A stretch of 63,823 nucleotides of DNA, the filler included, from Basidiobolus ranarum (lineage: Eukaryota), in assembly GCA_040143965.1 (NCBI GenBank). It is 56 parts of 56 records of this genome, joined end to end, with 100 filler letters (N's around TTAATTAATTAA, not from the genome) between each part and the next. Parts side by side here need not be neighbours in the genome. Positions count along the whole stretch, not along the records: positions 1 to 1,048 come from JASJQH010013564.1; positions 1,149 to 2,196 come from JASJQH010013565.1; positions 2,297 to 3,344 come from JASJQH010013566.1; positions 3,445 to 4,491 come from JASJQH010013567.1; positions 4,592 to 5,638 come from JASJQH010013568.1; positions 5,739 to 6,785 come from JASJQH010013569.1; positions 6,886 to 7,932 come from JASJQH010013570.1; positions 8,033 to 9,079 come from JASJQH010013571.1; 48 more parts are not named here. One strand, given 5' to 3'. How positions within the stretch are numbered: position 1 is the first letter of the stretch; every line of letters starts with the position of its first letter. The notes below the pieces were generated by a model. It was not told the origin of the DNA. It saw only the letters and a list, made by a program, of their open reading frames with translations, and searched no databases. The position numbers and the translations under genes were made by a program. Shown here piece after piece: positions 1 through 11,372 of this stretch.

Positions 1-597
1 GAACAAATTGGGTTTGGAATTAAATTCCGAATTAAGATCTAATTCGAGTTTGAAATTAATATTTTGCGAAATTATTTGGAAAAGTTTTAAATTCGACCTG
101 GGATAAAGTTTGAAATTAAGTTCCGAATTAAGATCTAGTTCAAGTTCTAAATTAAACTTTTGGCGAAATAATTTGGAAAAGTTTTAAATTCGACCTGGGA
201 TAAAGTTTTAATTCAAGTTCTGAATTAGGTTCTAAATAATATTTTGCAAAATTATTCTTAAAAGTTTTAAATTCGACCTGGGATAAAGTTTTAATTCAAG
301 TTCTAAATAATATTTTGGCGAAATAATTTGGAAAAGTTTTAAATTCGACCTGGGATAAAGTTTTAATTCAAGTTCTGAATTAGGTTCTAAATAATATTTT
401 GCGAAATTATTCTTAAAAGTTTTAAATTTGACCTGGGATAAAGTTTTAATTCAAGTTCTGAATTAGGTTCTAAATAATATTTTGCGAAATTATTCTTAAA
501 AGTTTTAAATTCGACCTGGGATAAGGTTTTAAATTAAGTTCCAAATTAAGCTTTTATTCGAGTTCTAAATAATATTTTGCGAAGATAATTTGGAAGG
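1..597. repeat. AT-rich tandem repeat, unit about 72-98 bp (mostly about 83 bp)
   Basis: AAAAGTTTTAAATTCGACCTGGGATAAAG and ATTTTGCGAAATTATT recur about 6 times. Confidence 0.9.
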
Positions 598-599
598 GT

Positions 600-1048
600 T
601 AGGGGGGATGAAAAGCACCAGATGGTGTAGACTTTATTTAGCTCAAATACTAATCTAAACAAAGTGACAATCAAGAAATCAATCTTTTGAGATATTGTGA
701 CAATACTGGATCATATCCATACTTAACCTGATGACCAATGTAATCAAGCTCAGAGGATGTAAATATAGTGTTAAGGGGCAAAGGTGGTAAGCAGAAAGGA
801 AGGTACTCAGTGCAAACCAGATGGACAATAGGACAAAAACCTGGAATAATGGGAATTAAGAAAGGTGTCTTGGAGGCAAGGTATTGCTTCCAAAGGTCTA
901 GCTGGAAGTCTATAGCAACAATTTTAGGCTGTTTTGTTTCATGCAGCTGTAAAGCTAACTCAGAAACCAAAGGATCATCTTGTATCAATTTCCAGCATGA
1001 TAGTGCATTTGAAGAAGGTGTGGCTAGCCACTTCTTAATCAGTGGATT
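600..1048. mobile_element. DNA transposon end starting TAGGGGGGATGAAAAG (hAT-like); second copy at 48950-49056; contains orphan ORF 671-988(-)
   Basis: Same sequence begins at the same base in two unrelated flanks; resembles the Ac-type terminus TAGGGATGAAA. Confidence 0.55.
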
Positions 1049-1148
1049 NNNNNNNNNNNNNNNNNNNNNNNNNNNNNNNNNNNNNNNNNNNNTTAATTAA
1101 TTAANNNNNNNNNNNNNNNNNNNNNNNNNNNNNNNNNNNNNNNNNNNN
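1049..1148. other. Artificial contig linker (44 N + TTAATTAATTAA + 44 N); first of 55 copies, one about every 1.14 kb
   Basis: Identical 100-bp spacer with stops in all six frames; flanking segments shrink steadily from 1048 to 1034 bp. Confidence 0.98.
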
Positions 1149-1974
1149 ATCTTGCCATTTCTATTATAGTCCTGTTAGCTCTTTCAGCAACTCCATTTTG
1201 TTGAAGTGAATAGGGGGCAGTAGTTTCCTGCTTAATTCCATGAACTTTGCAAAAGTGCTTAAATAGTGTTGAAGTATATTCTGCACCATTATCAGTACAT
1301 ATTTTCTTGCTTTTAGTTCCAGTATCAGTCTCCACAAGTGTTTTAAAATCTCTAAAGTTAGAGAGAGCTTCTTCTTTTCTTTCCATAAAGTAGACCAAAG
1401 TGTATCTTGTATAATCATCAATAAATGTGATTAAATATCTTTTTCCACCTAAAGATAGATTTTGAGTTGATCTACACAAATCTGAATGAATTAGATCCAA
1501 TTTTTTGACAGATTTGATTAAACCAGAGCTCTTGAATGGCTATCTGACTTTTTTCCATATTTACAGCCCTCACCAGTTTCCATTTTGGCTGGGGGGTTAA
1601 TTTAATTTCCAGAAATTATGCAATCTTTGATCATTTTGCTCAAATAATCAAATCCAATATAGACAAAACTCTTATGCCATAATTGAATAGTTTCTTGATT
1701 GGAATAACTTATACTTACACATAAACCTCATGGATTATATGTAAGTTTGTGTAAGTTCTGATCCTTTTCTTTTAACACTAAATAACCCCCATTTTGATCA
1801 GTAATGGTGCATCCTGACTTATCAAAATTGAATCTTAGCCCTTCTGAGGTGGCCTAGCATATTAAATTCTTGGCAATATCTCAAACATGTAGTATATCCT
1901 TGAATGTATTTACTTTCTCTTCAGAAGCTCCTGTTAAATTGACTTGAATTGTTCCTGTTCCATTAGCATCCAAT
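1149..1974 (-). pseudogene. Ty1/Copia pol fragment (protease end, GAG-pre-integrase, integrase core), degenerate
   Basis: LIHSDLC...FIDDYTRY...TDNGAEY...QQNGVAERANRT integrase motifs. Confidence 0.92.
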
Positions 1975-2296
1975 CCTTAACAGAAATTAGAGGATTGTTA
2001 TTGTACAAAAACCTCACAAATATCCATTTTGGTTCAGGGGTTAAATTGAATTCCAGAAATTAGGTGATTTTTGATCATTTTGCTCAAATAATCAAATCCA
2101 ATATGGTCAAATCTCTTATGCCATAATTGAACGGTTTCTTGATTGGAATAACTTATATTTACACATAGACCTATTGGATTGTATGTAAGTTTGTATNNNN
2201 NNNNNNNNNNNNNNNNNNNNNNNNNNNNNNNNNNNNNNNNTTAATTAATTAANNNNNNNNNNNNNNNNNNNNNNNNNNNNNNNNNNNNNNNNNNNN

Positions 2297-2529
2297 CCCC
2301 TATATTCTAAATAGGAATATCTCTATATCTATATAACAAGTATGTCTTATTACCCCCACTTACCTATTATATCTTATTACACAAACTCCTGAATATCTCA
2401 AACAATTGATTTACTTTTCTACTATATAAGTCACCATATACTCTGGAGAATAAACTAACTAAAACACACTATCATAAGTTGCTGCTGAATACTCAAAGTC
2501 TAACCTTGTTATGTCAAGATCCTCCAATA
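2297..2529 (+). mobile_element. Copia LTR family A, 3' part
   Basis: Matches the 3' part of LTR 10508-10824 and ends GATCCTCCAATA. Confidence 0.85.
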
Positions 2530-2535
2530 ATACAA

Positions 2536-2608
2536 GGACTGGTAGCTCAGTGGTTAGAGCACCTTGCAAGAGTGAAGGAGGTCCCAGGTTCAAATCCTGG
2601 CCAGACCA
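2536..2608 (+). ncRNA. tRNA-like sequence with A box and B box but a defective anticodon arm; probably part of a mobile element
   Basis: Acceptor GGACTGG/CCAGACC, D-arm GCTC/GAGC, T-arm CCAGG-TTCAAAT-CCTGG; anticodon loop non-canonical; no CpG. Confidence 0.75.
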
Positions 2609-2634
2609 ATATTTCTCACTAAATAATCTCAACA

Positions 2635-3112
2635 GATGTAAAACATGTGAGGACCTTTGAAGCATTGCTTATGTCAAAATTGTGACAAAAAATTGGTCTA
2701 AATTTGATCTAAAAGTAAGAAATGCCTACTTTTGGGTTATTGTACTCAAACTAAGGCCTACAGACTCTATGATACCAAAATTTCCAAGTTAATCAAGTCT
2801 AGATATGTTTTGCTTAACAAAAATGAAACATTTTCAACCCAAATGACCTCAGATGATGACAAAAATCAATTTTCTCCTGATCCAATCATTCAAACTGATT
2901 CAAACAAGAACAAGATAGAAAACAGCACTCCTGTGGACCCTTCAACCATAATTTTGCCTACTGAAGTGCCCAATACAATGCCAAAAGTTTTAATACCTCT
3001 ATCCCAAACCAGGAGATCAAATTGAATCAGAAATAGCCCTGATTACTATGTCAATGTGTCCCAAAATTGGGCCTATGCCTGCACTGCACAGATACATGAG
3101 CCCCAGACTGTA
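2635..3112 (+). pseudogene. Copia integrase C-terminal region and linker, followed by an LTR-B copy (about 3115-3344)
   Basis: GYCTQTKAYRLYD...IKSRYVL motif. Confidence 0.85.
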
Positions 3113-3561
3113 AATGATGAAGTTTATTGTCTTTATCATAAATGTTATCCCTATCTTTATACACCTACTATTTCATATATCACATATTAGTTAGTCAACA
3201 TTATTTAGTCAAATATCACTTAGCTGAAAATCAGAACATATATTTTATATATATGTGAATTATGTGAGAATTAGCAATTACATATTGGAAATTTCAAACT
3301 CGTCCAAATTGCCCCAAAGATAGCTCATTTTACTCCCACAGATGNNNNNNNNNNNNNNNNNNNNNNNNNNNNNNNNNNNNNNNNNNNNTTAATTAATTAA
3401 NNNNNNNNNNNNNNNNNNNNNNNNNNNNNNNNNNNNNNNNNNNNAACAATATTACTTTTTTTGTTAATAGATATACATATTGGAATTCTCGGACATGCTT
3501 CATCCACAGCACTCAAGATACTCTTTCTCAAACAAAATACAACCGTAGATGCTATCTAAAA

Positions 3562-3632
3562 TGCATACTCGGGGAATCGAACCCCGGTCTACCGCGTGGC
3601 AGGCGGTAATTATACCACTAAACCAAGTATGC
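3562..3632 (-). tRNA. tRNA-Gly(GCC)
   Basis: GCATACT/AGTATGC acceptor stem, anticodon arm ACCGC-CTGCCAC-GCGGT, T-loop TTCGATT; 71 nt. Confidence 0.95.
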
Positions 3633-3945
3633 TTTAATGAAAACGTTCAAACAAGTATTTCTCTCATTTACTAATTTCGCAAGCCATCATCAGGGGCTAG
3701 GGCAGGAACATGATCCAATTTGAAACTTGAGCCCTTTAATCCCGATGTAAAAACTACTATGTACAGATAGCACAAAACTGCTTGAACTTCCTGGTAACAA
3801 ACTCTAAGAGAGTTTCCCCATTTCTGCGCAATACAGGGTTCTATACTGTTGATTGAATAGATTCATCTTCTCAACTCACCGTATTGTGGGTGAAATATCT
3901 TGCAAACTATTACAAAATAAAAAGAAAAAGATTGTGGTTAAATAA

Positions 3946-4017
3946 TAGCAGCGAGAGGTTTCGATCCTCCGACCTCGGGGTTATGAGCCCCGCGCGCTTC
4001 CTCTGCGCCACGCTGCT
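3946..4017 (-). tRNA. Initiator tRNA-Met(CAT), eukaryotic type
   Basis: AGCAGCG...CGCTGCTA with A1-U72 pair, G-C-rich anticodon stem around CTCATAA, T-loop ATCGAAA typical of eukaryotic initiators. Confidence 0.96.
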
Positions 4018-4591
4018 TATTCTATAGCAGCTTTCTTTATATAATATGTGTATACACTATATAGCTCTAGCGTACAAATATGCACAAAGCAACTACTCTC
4101 TTCTAAAAAGTTATAAAATTGTGGCCAATAAAATAGATATGCTTGCTCCACTATGATCAAGCAAAGTTACAAAAATAACTTTGTTCTACTTCGGCTTAGC
4201 TTTTATTTCATCCAGGCTGAAGCCTGTGAAAATCGATTTGCTGAGCTGAAATTAAAGTTGTCATAAACTGAAAATACGATAATTTTAATGGATCAATGGT
4301 ATTGCATTATGTCTCATTTAAAATTAGCTGAGATTAACTGGAAAATCGAACACAAATAAAATCACCCGCCCTAGTTTAAGTATGTCTTAAGGAAGAGAAT
4401 AGGCTTGGCTACTTGCACAACTTTCAAAAAGGCTGGATTAGTGTTGCTAAAGATGGCTAAGCCCTTGATATTTCCTAGGTGAGTAGGCATANNNNNNNNN
4501 NNNNNNNNNNNNNNNNNNNNNNNNNNNNNNNNNNNTTAATTAATTAANNNNNNNNNNNNNNNNNNNNNNNNNNNNNNNNNNNNNNNNNNNN

Positions 4592-5638
4592 ATTTAAATG
4601 GAAGCCAGAAATATCCTTATCAATCTATGGTTGATAGTTTGATGTATATCATGATTGGAACATGGCCAGATATTAGATATTCTGTTGGAGTTATATGCCT
4701 ATTTCTTCCAAATTACAGATCTAAACAAATCTTAGCAATTAAGTGGATTTCAAGAAATTTGAAAGGAATTATTGATCTGTGCTTAAGATATACATATTTT
4801 CAAGTAAATTTCAATCTGATGGGATATTTAGATGTAAATTGGGGAAGAGAAATAAAAGACAAGAGATCTATAACAGGATATTTGTTTCTATGCTTTAATG
4901 GAACTATTACTTGGAATTCAAAGAAACAGCTTGCTGTATGTTAAAGTTTCTGGGAGCCTGTTGGAAGTGGTTTGGAGAATTAGAGAAATTGGTGGTTTTC
5001 ACTTGTTGATTTATTGAGTAGAAAGTTGACATTTATAGTGTTGTCAAGATGTAAGCAAACTAATGTATAGAATATGTTAAGAAAGGTCCCAGGAACATGT
5101 GTGCAAAGTTTGGGGCTTTTAGCACAAGTTTGAAAAATCTATATATTGGACAACTTCTAAGTTGGCAAAAATATTCCAAGTAAATTCCAATTGAGAATAA
5201 TTGATAATATATTAGTGAACTATACAATAACTAAGTACTAAGCTATATATAACTATATAGGTGTTTAGGCAATGCTAATTTCAACACTGTATCACTTTCA
5301 ACAATAGTAGCAGAATGCATGGCTGCTTGTGAAGAAACAAAAAAAATAATATGGTTATGAAAGCTTCTAGATATAAGCTATTCTCAAAACTTATCACAAC
5401 TATATTTCAAGATATTTAAAGTTATATTGAATTAGCTAGAAATCTTATGTTTCATGCTAGAAGTAAATATATATGTATATTAGGCTTCACTTTCTTAGAG
5501 AGATTACAGAGAATAAGTTTAATGACGTTACTTATTGTTCTAAAGAAAAGATGATTGCTGATATATTAACCAAACCATTAGCTAGGCAGAGATTTGAGAA
5601 ATTTAGACCTTCCTTGGGATTAGTTCATATGACTGTTT
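4592..5638 (+). pseudogene. Copia RT C-terminus/RNase H, interrupted by a solo LTR
   Basis: YQSMVDSLMY, RSITGY, WNSKKQ and MIADILTKPL motifs. Confidence 0.9.
4939..5286 (-). mobile_element. Solo LTR, Copia family C (348 bp), with 5-bp target-site duplication CTGTA
   Basis: TG...CA ends; CTGTA at 4934-4938 and 5287-5291; the RNase H sequence resumes after it. Confidence 0.93.
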
Positions 5639-5738
5639 NNNNNNNNNNNNNNNNNNNNNNNNNNNNNNNNNNNNNNNNNNNNTTAATTAATTAANNNNNN
5701 NNNNNNNNNNNNNNNNNNNNNNNNNNNNNNNNNNNNNN

Positions 5739-6785
5739 TCAAAAAAGCAGTTTTAACATCCATTTGATGGATTTTTAAGCTGTGTTTTGCTGCTACTGCT
5801 AGTATGGTTACAATGGATTTAAACTTTGCTACAGAAGCAAAAGTTTCATTGTAGGCCACTCCTTCCATTTGAGAATATCCTTTAGCCACAAGTCTGGCTT
5901 TATATCTCTCTACAGATCTATCAGCTTGCTGTTTAACTTTAAACACACATTTGCATCCAATTGATTTTTGGTCATCAGGTAACTTTACCAAAGTCCAAGT
6001 TTGGTTATCTATGAGTGACTGATACTCCTCTGCCATTGCAGCATGCCAAAACTTTGTGTTGGGACTCTCCATAGCCTCCTGTACTGCTTTGGGTTCATCA
6101 GAGAAGGCTAAATCAGCAGAAGGCTCCTTTTGGCTAGTGTGATAGTAGTAATCAGGCAGAGATCTCATCTGATAGGATCTCGTAAGAAGGGAAATTGGCA
6201 CTACAACTTCTGGTACCATTTTAGGCAATGCAAACACCTCAGGCTTTGTTGAGGAGACTGCAAGTGAGGAATTTTCAATGTTTTTCTCACTGATCAGGAT
6301 CTGGTGAGAAAAAGAAGAATTTTCATCAATTTTGGGTTGTTTTTCTTGATCCTGGATTGTTTTGATTAAAATTTTTTCTTCTTCAGCAAATTCCACATTC
6401 CTTGACTTGATTAGCCTCTTATTTTCACTGTTATATAGCCTGTACCCTTTTGTTCCATCACAATATCCCAAAAAAAGACATTTCTGGCTTTTTTGGTCTA
6501 ATTTTGATCTCTTCTGGTCTGGAATCATTGCATATGCGGTACTTCCAAAAACTCTGAGATTAGCCACATCAGGTTTACTTCCAAACCAAGCTTGATAAGG
6601 TGTCATAGCCAATAGAGACCTAGAAGGACATCTATTCCTAATATATACTGCAGTTGCAACCAATTCAGCCCAGAACTGTTTTGGTAAATCTTGATCATGA
6701 AGCATTGATCTTGCCTTTTCCATTATTGATCTGTTTGCACGTTCTGCTACTCCATTCTGCTGTGGAGAATATGGCACTGTAGTCT
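5739..6785 (-). CDS. Copia pol fragment (integrase C-terminus to RT N-terminus), open across the contig
   Basis: PQQNGVAERANR, FLGYCDGTKGYRLY, YKARLVAKGYSQ, HQMDVKTAFL. Confidence 0.95.
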
Positions 6786-7019
6786 NNNNNNNNNNNNNNN
6801 NNNNNNNNNNNNNNNNNNNNNNNNNNNNNTTAATTAATTAANNNNNNNNNNNNNNNNNNNNNNNNNNNNNNNNNNNNNNNNNNNNCAGATGGAATTCTCT
6901 TCTATTTATATCAGATAATCCTAATTTAGGTAGATAAGGAGAAAGAGTTGCAAAACATATTCTGTTATAAAACCAGATCCCATAACCTGCTCCTAATACC
7001 ATACCAAAAGCACCCTTGT

Positions 7020-7721
7020 TATGTTTAGTCTCTACCTATCCACATATTTGACTGATCAGACAAAACTCTACAACATCTATATGCCTAACCAGCAAATTGC
7101 TGGTGGAAAAATCATGACACATCCAAAGTTTTGAAACGCACAGATGTTTGGTAAATAACTGACTCTTGTAACCATTCACAATGAGAATAAGCTCCTGGCA
7201 TTTTGCAAATTGCCATAAAAAATTCAGCCAAAATATCCCCACTTGCAGTCAACAAATATACTGCCACAAGTTGATGGGTCATGGCTTGAATAGATTACCC
7301 CATGGCTAAACAACAATACTGCATTACATGCTCTATCTAACCAAGAAATCTGTTGTGCAGCTTCCCTAGAAGTACCATCAGATTATCACACAAACAAACT
7401 AGGCCAGAATATAGAGGTACTTACTCTGAGTCCCTGAATTGGGCTTTGTTACTGTTATTGTGCTCAAACAATGCAAATACCCATGAGCACAATGAAAAAA
7501 GCTCTTGGTTGGAAGTTTAATGTACTCTGGAGTCTCCTTAACCCATTGCATGACATTCATGATAGATTTTGCTGGTACATTTTTAATCTAAATAACATAT
7601 AGTAATACTGACACTCTCACATGGAGCAGCATTTCACCACAGATGCAATCCATTAGGAACTCCCAAAATGTAAAACAAGGGCCTGTAATCTCTAAGAATA
7701 GTGAAAGATGCAGCAGGGAAT
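7020..7721 (-). pseudogene. CMC/EnSpm element, transposase C-terminal region, degenerate (paralogs 10327-10507 and 45890-46413)
   Basis: Overlaps the GPC-FWEFP motif region also seen at 8950-9079; repeated in three contigs. Confidence 0.75.
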
Positions 7722-7774
7722 AGACTTGTTCCATTTTATTGAGCCAGATCAGGCCAGCCAAAAAGTGTGCCAGC
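7722..7774 (+). mobile_element. DNA transposon end A starting AGACTTGTTCCAT (also 46414-46780 and 58054-58149)
   Basis: Same start in three different host elements, each preceded by AAT or ATT. Confidence 0.7.
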
Positions 7775-7932
7775 CCCTAACAGAAATTTGAGGATTGTTA
7801 TCATAGGAAAACCATCACAAATTTAATCCATTTGGGATTGACTGTTTACTTACCGTCATAAAATCATCAAGTTAGATTTGATTTTAATCAATTTTTTCAG
7901 TTTCAGGAGTGAAATTTCAAGATCTTGCAAAA
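7775..7932 (+). mobile_element. DNA transposon end starting CCCTAACAGAAATTT (also 1975, 24346, 26046, 30365; reverse strand ending 19678)
   Basis: Six copies start at the same base in unrelated flanks; CCC termini are typical of CMC elements. Confidence 0.8.
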
Positions 7933-8032
7933 NNNNNNNNNNNNNNNNNNNNNNNNNNNNNNNNNNNNNNNNNNNNTTAATTAATTAANNNNNNNNNNNN
8001 NNNNNNNNNNNNNNNNNNNNNNNNNNNNNNNN

Positions 8033-9079
8033 CAACTTAAATCTTCCTCCTTCTGAACGGTACAAGAGTCATAATATTTTGATACTATCCATCATATCTG
8101 GACCTAAATCACCAGTGCTTATAGATAGCTTCTTGGAGCCTTTTAGTGTGGAATTTGAACGGTTATATAATGGGGTTCAGATGGGTGCATATTTCATTAA
8201 AGGTAATATCATTGTATGTATTGGTAACACTCCTGCCATCAGTAAACTTGGAGTTTTTTGCGGGGACAATGCACTATCTTGCTGTAGATTCTGTCAAATC
8301 AATGGAGTTTACTCTTGTAGGCATACGCATTACTACTCTCCAAATACAACACTAAACTTCATGATTTTACCGTCAAGAGCCTGGTCAGATTTCAACATGA
8401 TCACTGATATAAATTCTCCCAATAGTCAGTCTAACATCAAGCTTGGTATTAGCCATAAACCTAAGATTATATTGCCAAAGAGGATCAGCTGGAGCCAGAG
8501 CTTCCCATTAGGAACCATGCATTTACTATTCAACAACATTCCAATACTACTTACTCAGCTTTATAGGGGAATATTCCATATGAAAGGGCCATTTGAGATA
8601 GGATCAAAGTTTGAATTGATTGGGAAAATTCTTGAAAACATCAAGCTATGAACATATTTTACAAGGACTCCCATCAATATCCACTCATCTAGTCGTTTAT
8701 TCAAATGCAAAGACTGGAAGAATTGGATTTGTTTATATTCAAGTGGAATTTTGAAAAGATTTCTCCCTGATAAGTATTGGCAACATTGGGAGTTGTTTGT
8801 CAAAATTGTTAATATATTGTTATGGCATCAACTCACATTGGCAGATCTCAGGCAGATACAGCAACTGTGAGAAGATTTTGTAAATGGATATGAACAACCT
8901 CATTACAGGTTTAAAGAAGATAGACTGAATCTAATGCTGGTATTCAATACATTCCCTGCTGCATCTTTCACAATGCTTAGAGATTATAGGCCTGTGCTAT
9001 ACATTCTGGGAGTTCCCAATGGAGTGCACCTACGGTTAAATGATGCTCCATTTGAAATCATCAGTATTACCATATGCTA
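8033..9079 (+). pseudogene. CMC/EnSpm (CACTA Tnp2-type) transposase fragment with stops
   Basis: IISGPKSPVLIDSFLEP, CCRFCQING, MHLLFNNI, FKCKDWKNW motifs. Confidence 0.88.
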
Positions 9080-9179
9080 NNNNNNNNNNNNNNNNNNNNN
9101 NNNNNNNNNNNNNNNNNNNNNNNTTAATTAATTAANNNNNNNNNNNNNNNNNNNNNNNNNNNNNNNNNNNNNNNNNNNN

Positions 9180-9717
9180 CATACCCATTCAACAAGCGGA
9201 ACTTTCCTCCTTTTGCTGCTACGGCGGAAGGAGCTGGTGGTGGTACACCACAGTTATGTAGTGTGTGTGCAGCTCTGCCAAGATGCCACAACTGAGCCCA
9301 AATCAAACCACCTTCTTTATGTACCGCATCAGTGATCTTTTTCCTAAGTTTGAATCACGTGAGTCAATACACACGCAACATCAAGAATAAAAATCCTCTT
9401 ACCACCCAGTAATTTGTTTGCTATTCCATATACCTGGTGCTTCCGGCCATTCGGTTCCTTGGGGCTCGATTAGTGTGCCTTCAGACAAAATTAGGCCGGC
9501 TCCCGCTCTTTGGGCATAGTAGTCTACATTAACGTCGTCTGGGTAGAGGTTACGGTTACGCGTCATAGATGCCATGATTACTCTTTCAAATGAAGAATTG
9601 TAAACATACAAATACGCCCAATATATGCATATACACTAATATAGGTTACCGATTTTTAAGCTGAAGCTCGCCTAATTGAACCGGCTTAGAAAGTGCTTGA
9701 TACAATGATTTCGCCAT
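9180..9717 (-). CDS. NADH:flavin oxidoreductase / Old Yellow Enzyme family, 5' part; exons 9717-9650, 9582-9403, 9343-9180 (truncated by the contig edge)
   Basis: Spliced product MAKSLYQALSKPVQLGELQLKNRVIMASMTRNR...YYAQRAGAGLILSEGT...[25 protein letters not shown]; two GT-AG introns that preserve the frame. Confidence 0.93.
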
Positions 9718-10507
9718 GATGGATAATGATTATGGAGAAGTGGGGCACACAGAATGCACTTAAATACTTCAGTAGCAGACTAAAGACACGTTAGCTTCAG
9801 AACCGTCGGAAAAATATACCTATATACACTCTAAGAATACTTATCCGATTGGTTTGTAACTGCTTGAAACATGGCTTATTTGCATTATTAGTAGTACGTA
9901 GCGCCCCTATTTTATGCGAAGAACTTACGTAAGCTTGCTGGTATTTGAGTTGCCATCAATGCATGATTTTTGTTTTATACCGACAATATTTATTAGCATG
10001 ATTTTTGCTTAAATATACCTTTGATATTTATTAGCATGAACATGTAAACTAAATTATCTATCCCAAACAAATATGTTACAATAAGCTATTTTTACAACAC
10101 TATCTTCAATCGGCTACTAGCTATAATGTTTAGCTAAGCCTGATCAACACTAGTATGGAAACAGACTATGCCCCCCTTAAGTACTATGGTTCCTAAAAAG
10201 TGTTGAAGTATTTCGGGAACTGGTCGNNNNNNNNNNNNNNNNNNNNNNNNNNNNNNNNNNNNNNNNNNNNTTAATTAATTAANNNNNNNNNNNNNNNNNN
10301 NNNNNNNNNNNNNNNNNNNNNNNNNNCTGACTCTTGTTACCATTCACAATGAGAATAAGCTCTTGGATTTTGGCAAATTGCCATAATGAATTCAGCCAAA
10401 ATATCCCTGACTTGCAGTAAACAAATGTCCTGCCACAAGTAGATGTGTCATTACTTGAATAGATTACCCCATGGCTAAAATAATAATACTGGGTATCTTG
10501 ATCTATC

Positions 10508-10824
10508 TGTTGGATAATTAATCTTTATTCAACATCATAGTTAACATTAGATATGATACATATATCAGAGGCAGAAAGCAATGTATATATAGTCCCTATA
10601 TTCTAAATAGGAATATCTCTATATCTTTATAACAAGTATGTCTTATTACCCCCACTTACCAATTATATCTTATGACACAAACTCCTGAATATCTCTAACA
10701 ATTGATTTACTTTTCTGCTATATAAGTCAACATAAACTGTTAAGAATAAAGTAACTAAAACACACTGTCATAAGTTGCTTCTAATACCCAATGTCTACCC
10801 CCATTATGTCAAGATCCTCCAACA
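10508..10824 (+). mobile_element. Copia family A 5' LTR (317 bp); partial reverse-strand copies near 45225-45457 and 57241-57438
   Basis: Inverted ends TGTTGGA...TCCAACA, followed by a PBS and gag. Confidence 0.92.
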
Positions 10825-11372
10825 TGGTAGCAACAAGTGAATTAGAGTCTTCTTCCCAAAAGGAGATTACTAATATTCAAATTTTCAATGGGGAAGATTT
10901 CCATGAATGGAAATTCAAGATGCAACTTGTGCATGAAGGGAAACTTGTCTGGGAAGTAGTTCAACCAGATGAAGAAGAAAGTACAGATTCTGACACTGAA
11001 ACAAAGAAGCCAACATGTAAAGAAGCCAGGGCAGCCTTCAAAGAAAAAGACAGATTGGTATTTAGGGAAATATGTCTAAAACTGGGATCATAACAACTTA
11101 TGCTAGTCAGAGATGCTGACTCTGCCAAGAATGAATGGGAAATCCTAGTGGAACATCATGAGCAAAAAGGGCTTGCTCACTTGACAATGCTGCAAAGAAA
11201 ATTCTTAAATCTTGTATGTTTGATGATTCAGAAATTATGACATATGTGAATGGTGTCAAGAAACTGCCCAACAACTGGAATCAGTTAATTATGAAGTACC
11301 TGAAATGGATATAATTCTTACCATAATTAATGGTCTCCCTGAATCATATTCAACCTGTGTACTCACTTTGGA
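10824..11372 (+). pseudogene. Copia family A gag N-terminus, degenerate
   Basis: IFNGEDFHEWKFKMQL...LVWEVV gag N-terminal motif. Confidence 0.85.
10825..10839 (+). promoter_or_regulatory. Primer-binding site for the 3' end of tRNA-iMet
   Basis: TGGTAGCAACAAGTG versus TGGTAGCAGCGAGAG expected from the tRNA at 3946-4017 (12 of 15 match). Confidence 0.8.

Noticed and set aside
596-607. GGGTTAGGG as a telomeric repeat
   Set aside because: Single unit, explained by the junction with a transposon end that recurs at 48950.
1093-1104. Regularly spaced TTAATTAATTAA as a CRISPR-like or biological repeat
   Set aside because: Always embedded in fixed N runs; it is a synthetic six-frame stop linker.
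2536-2608. Functional tRNA gene
   Set aside because: Mismatches in the acceptor and anticodon stems, no U33, CpG-depleted and embedded in transposon DNA.
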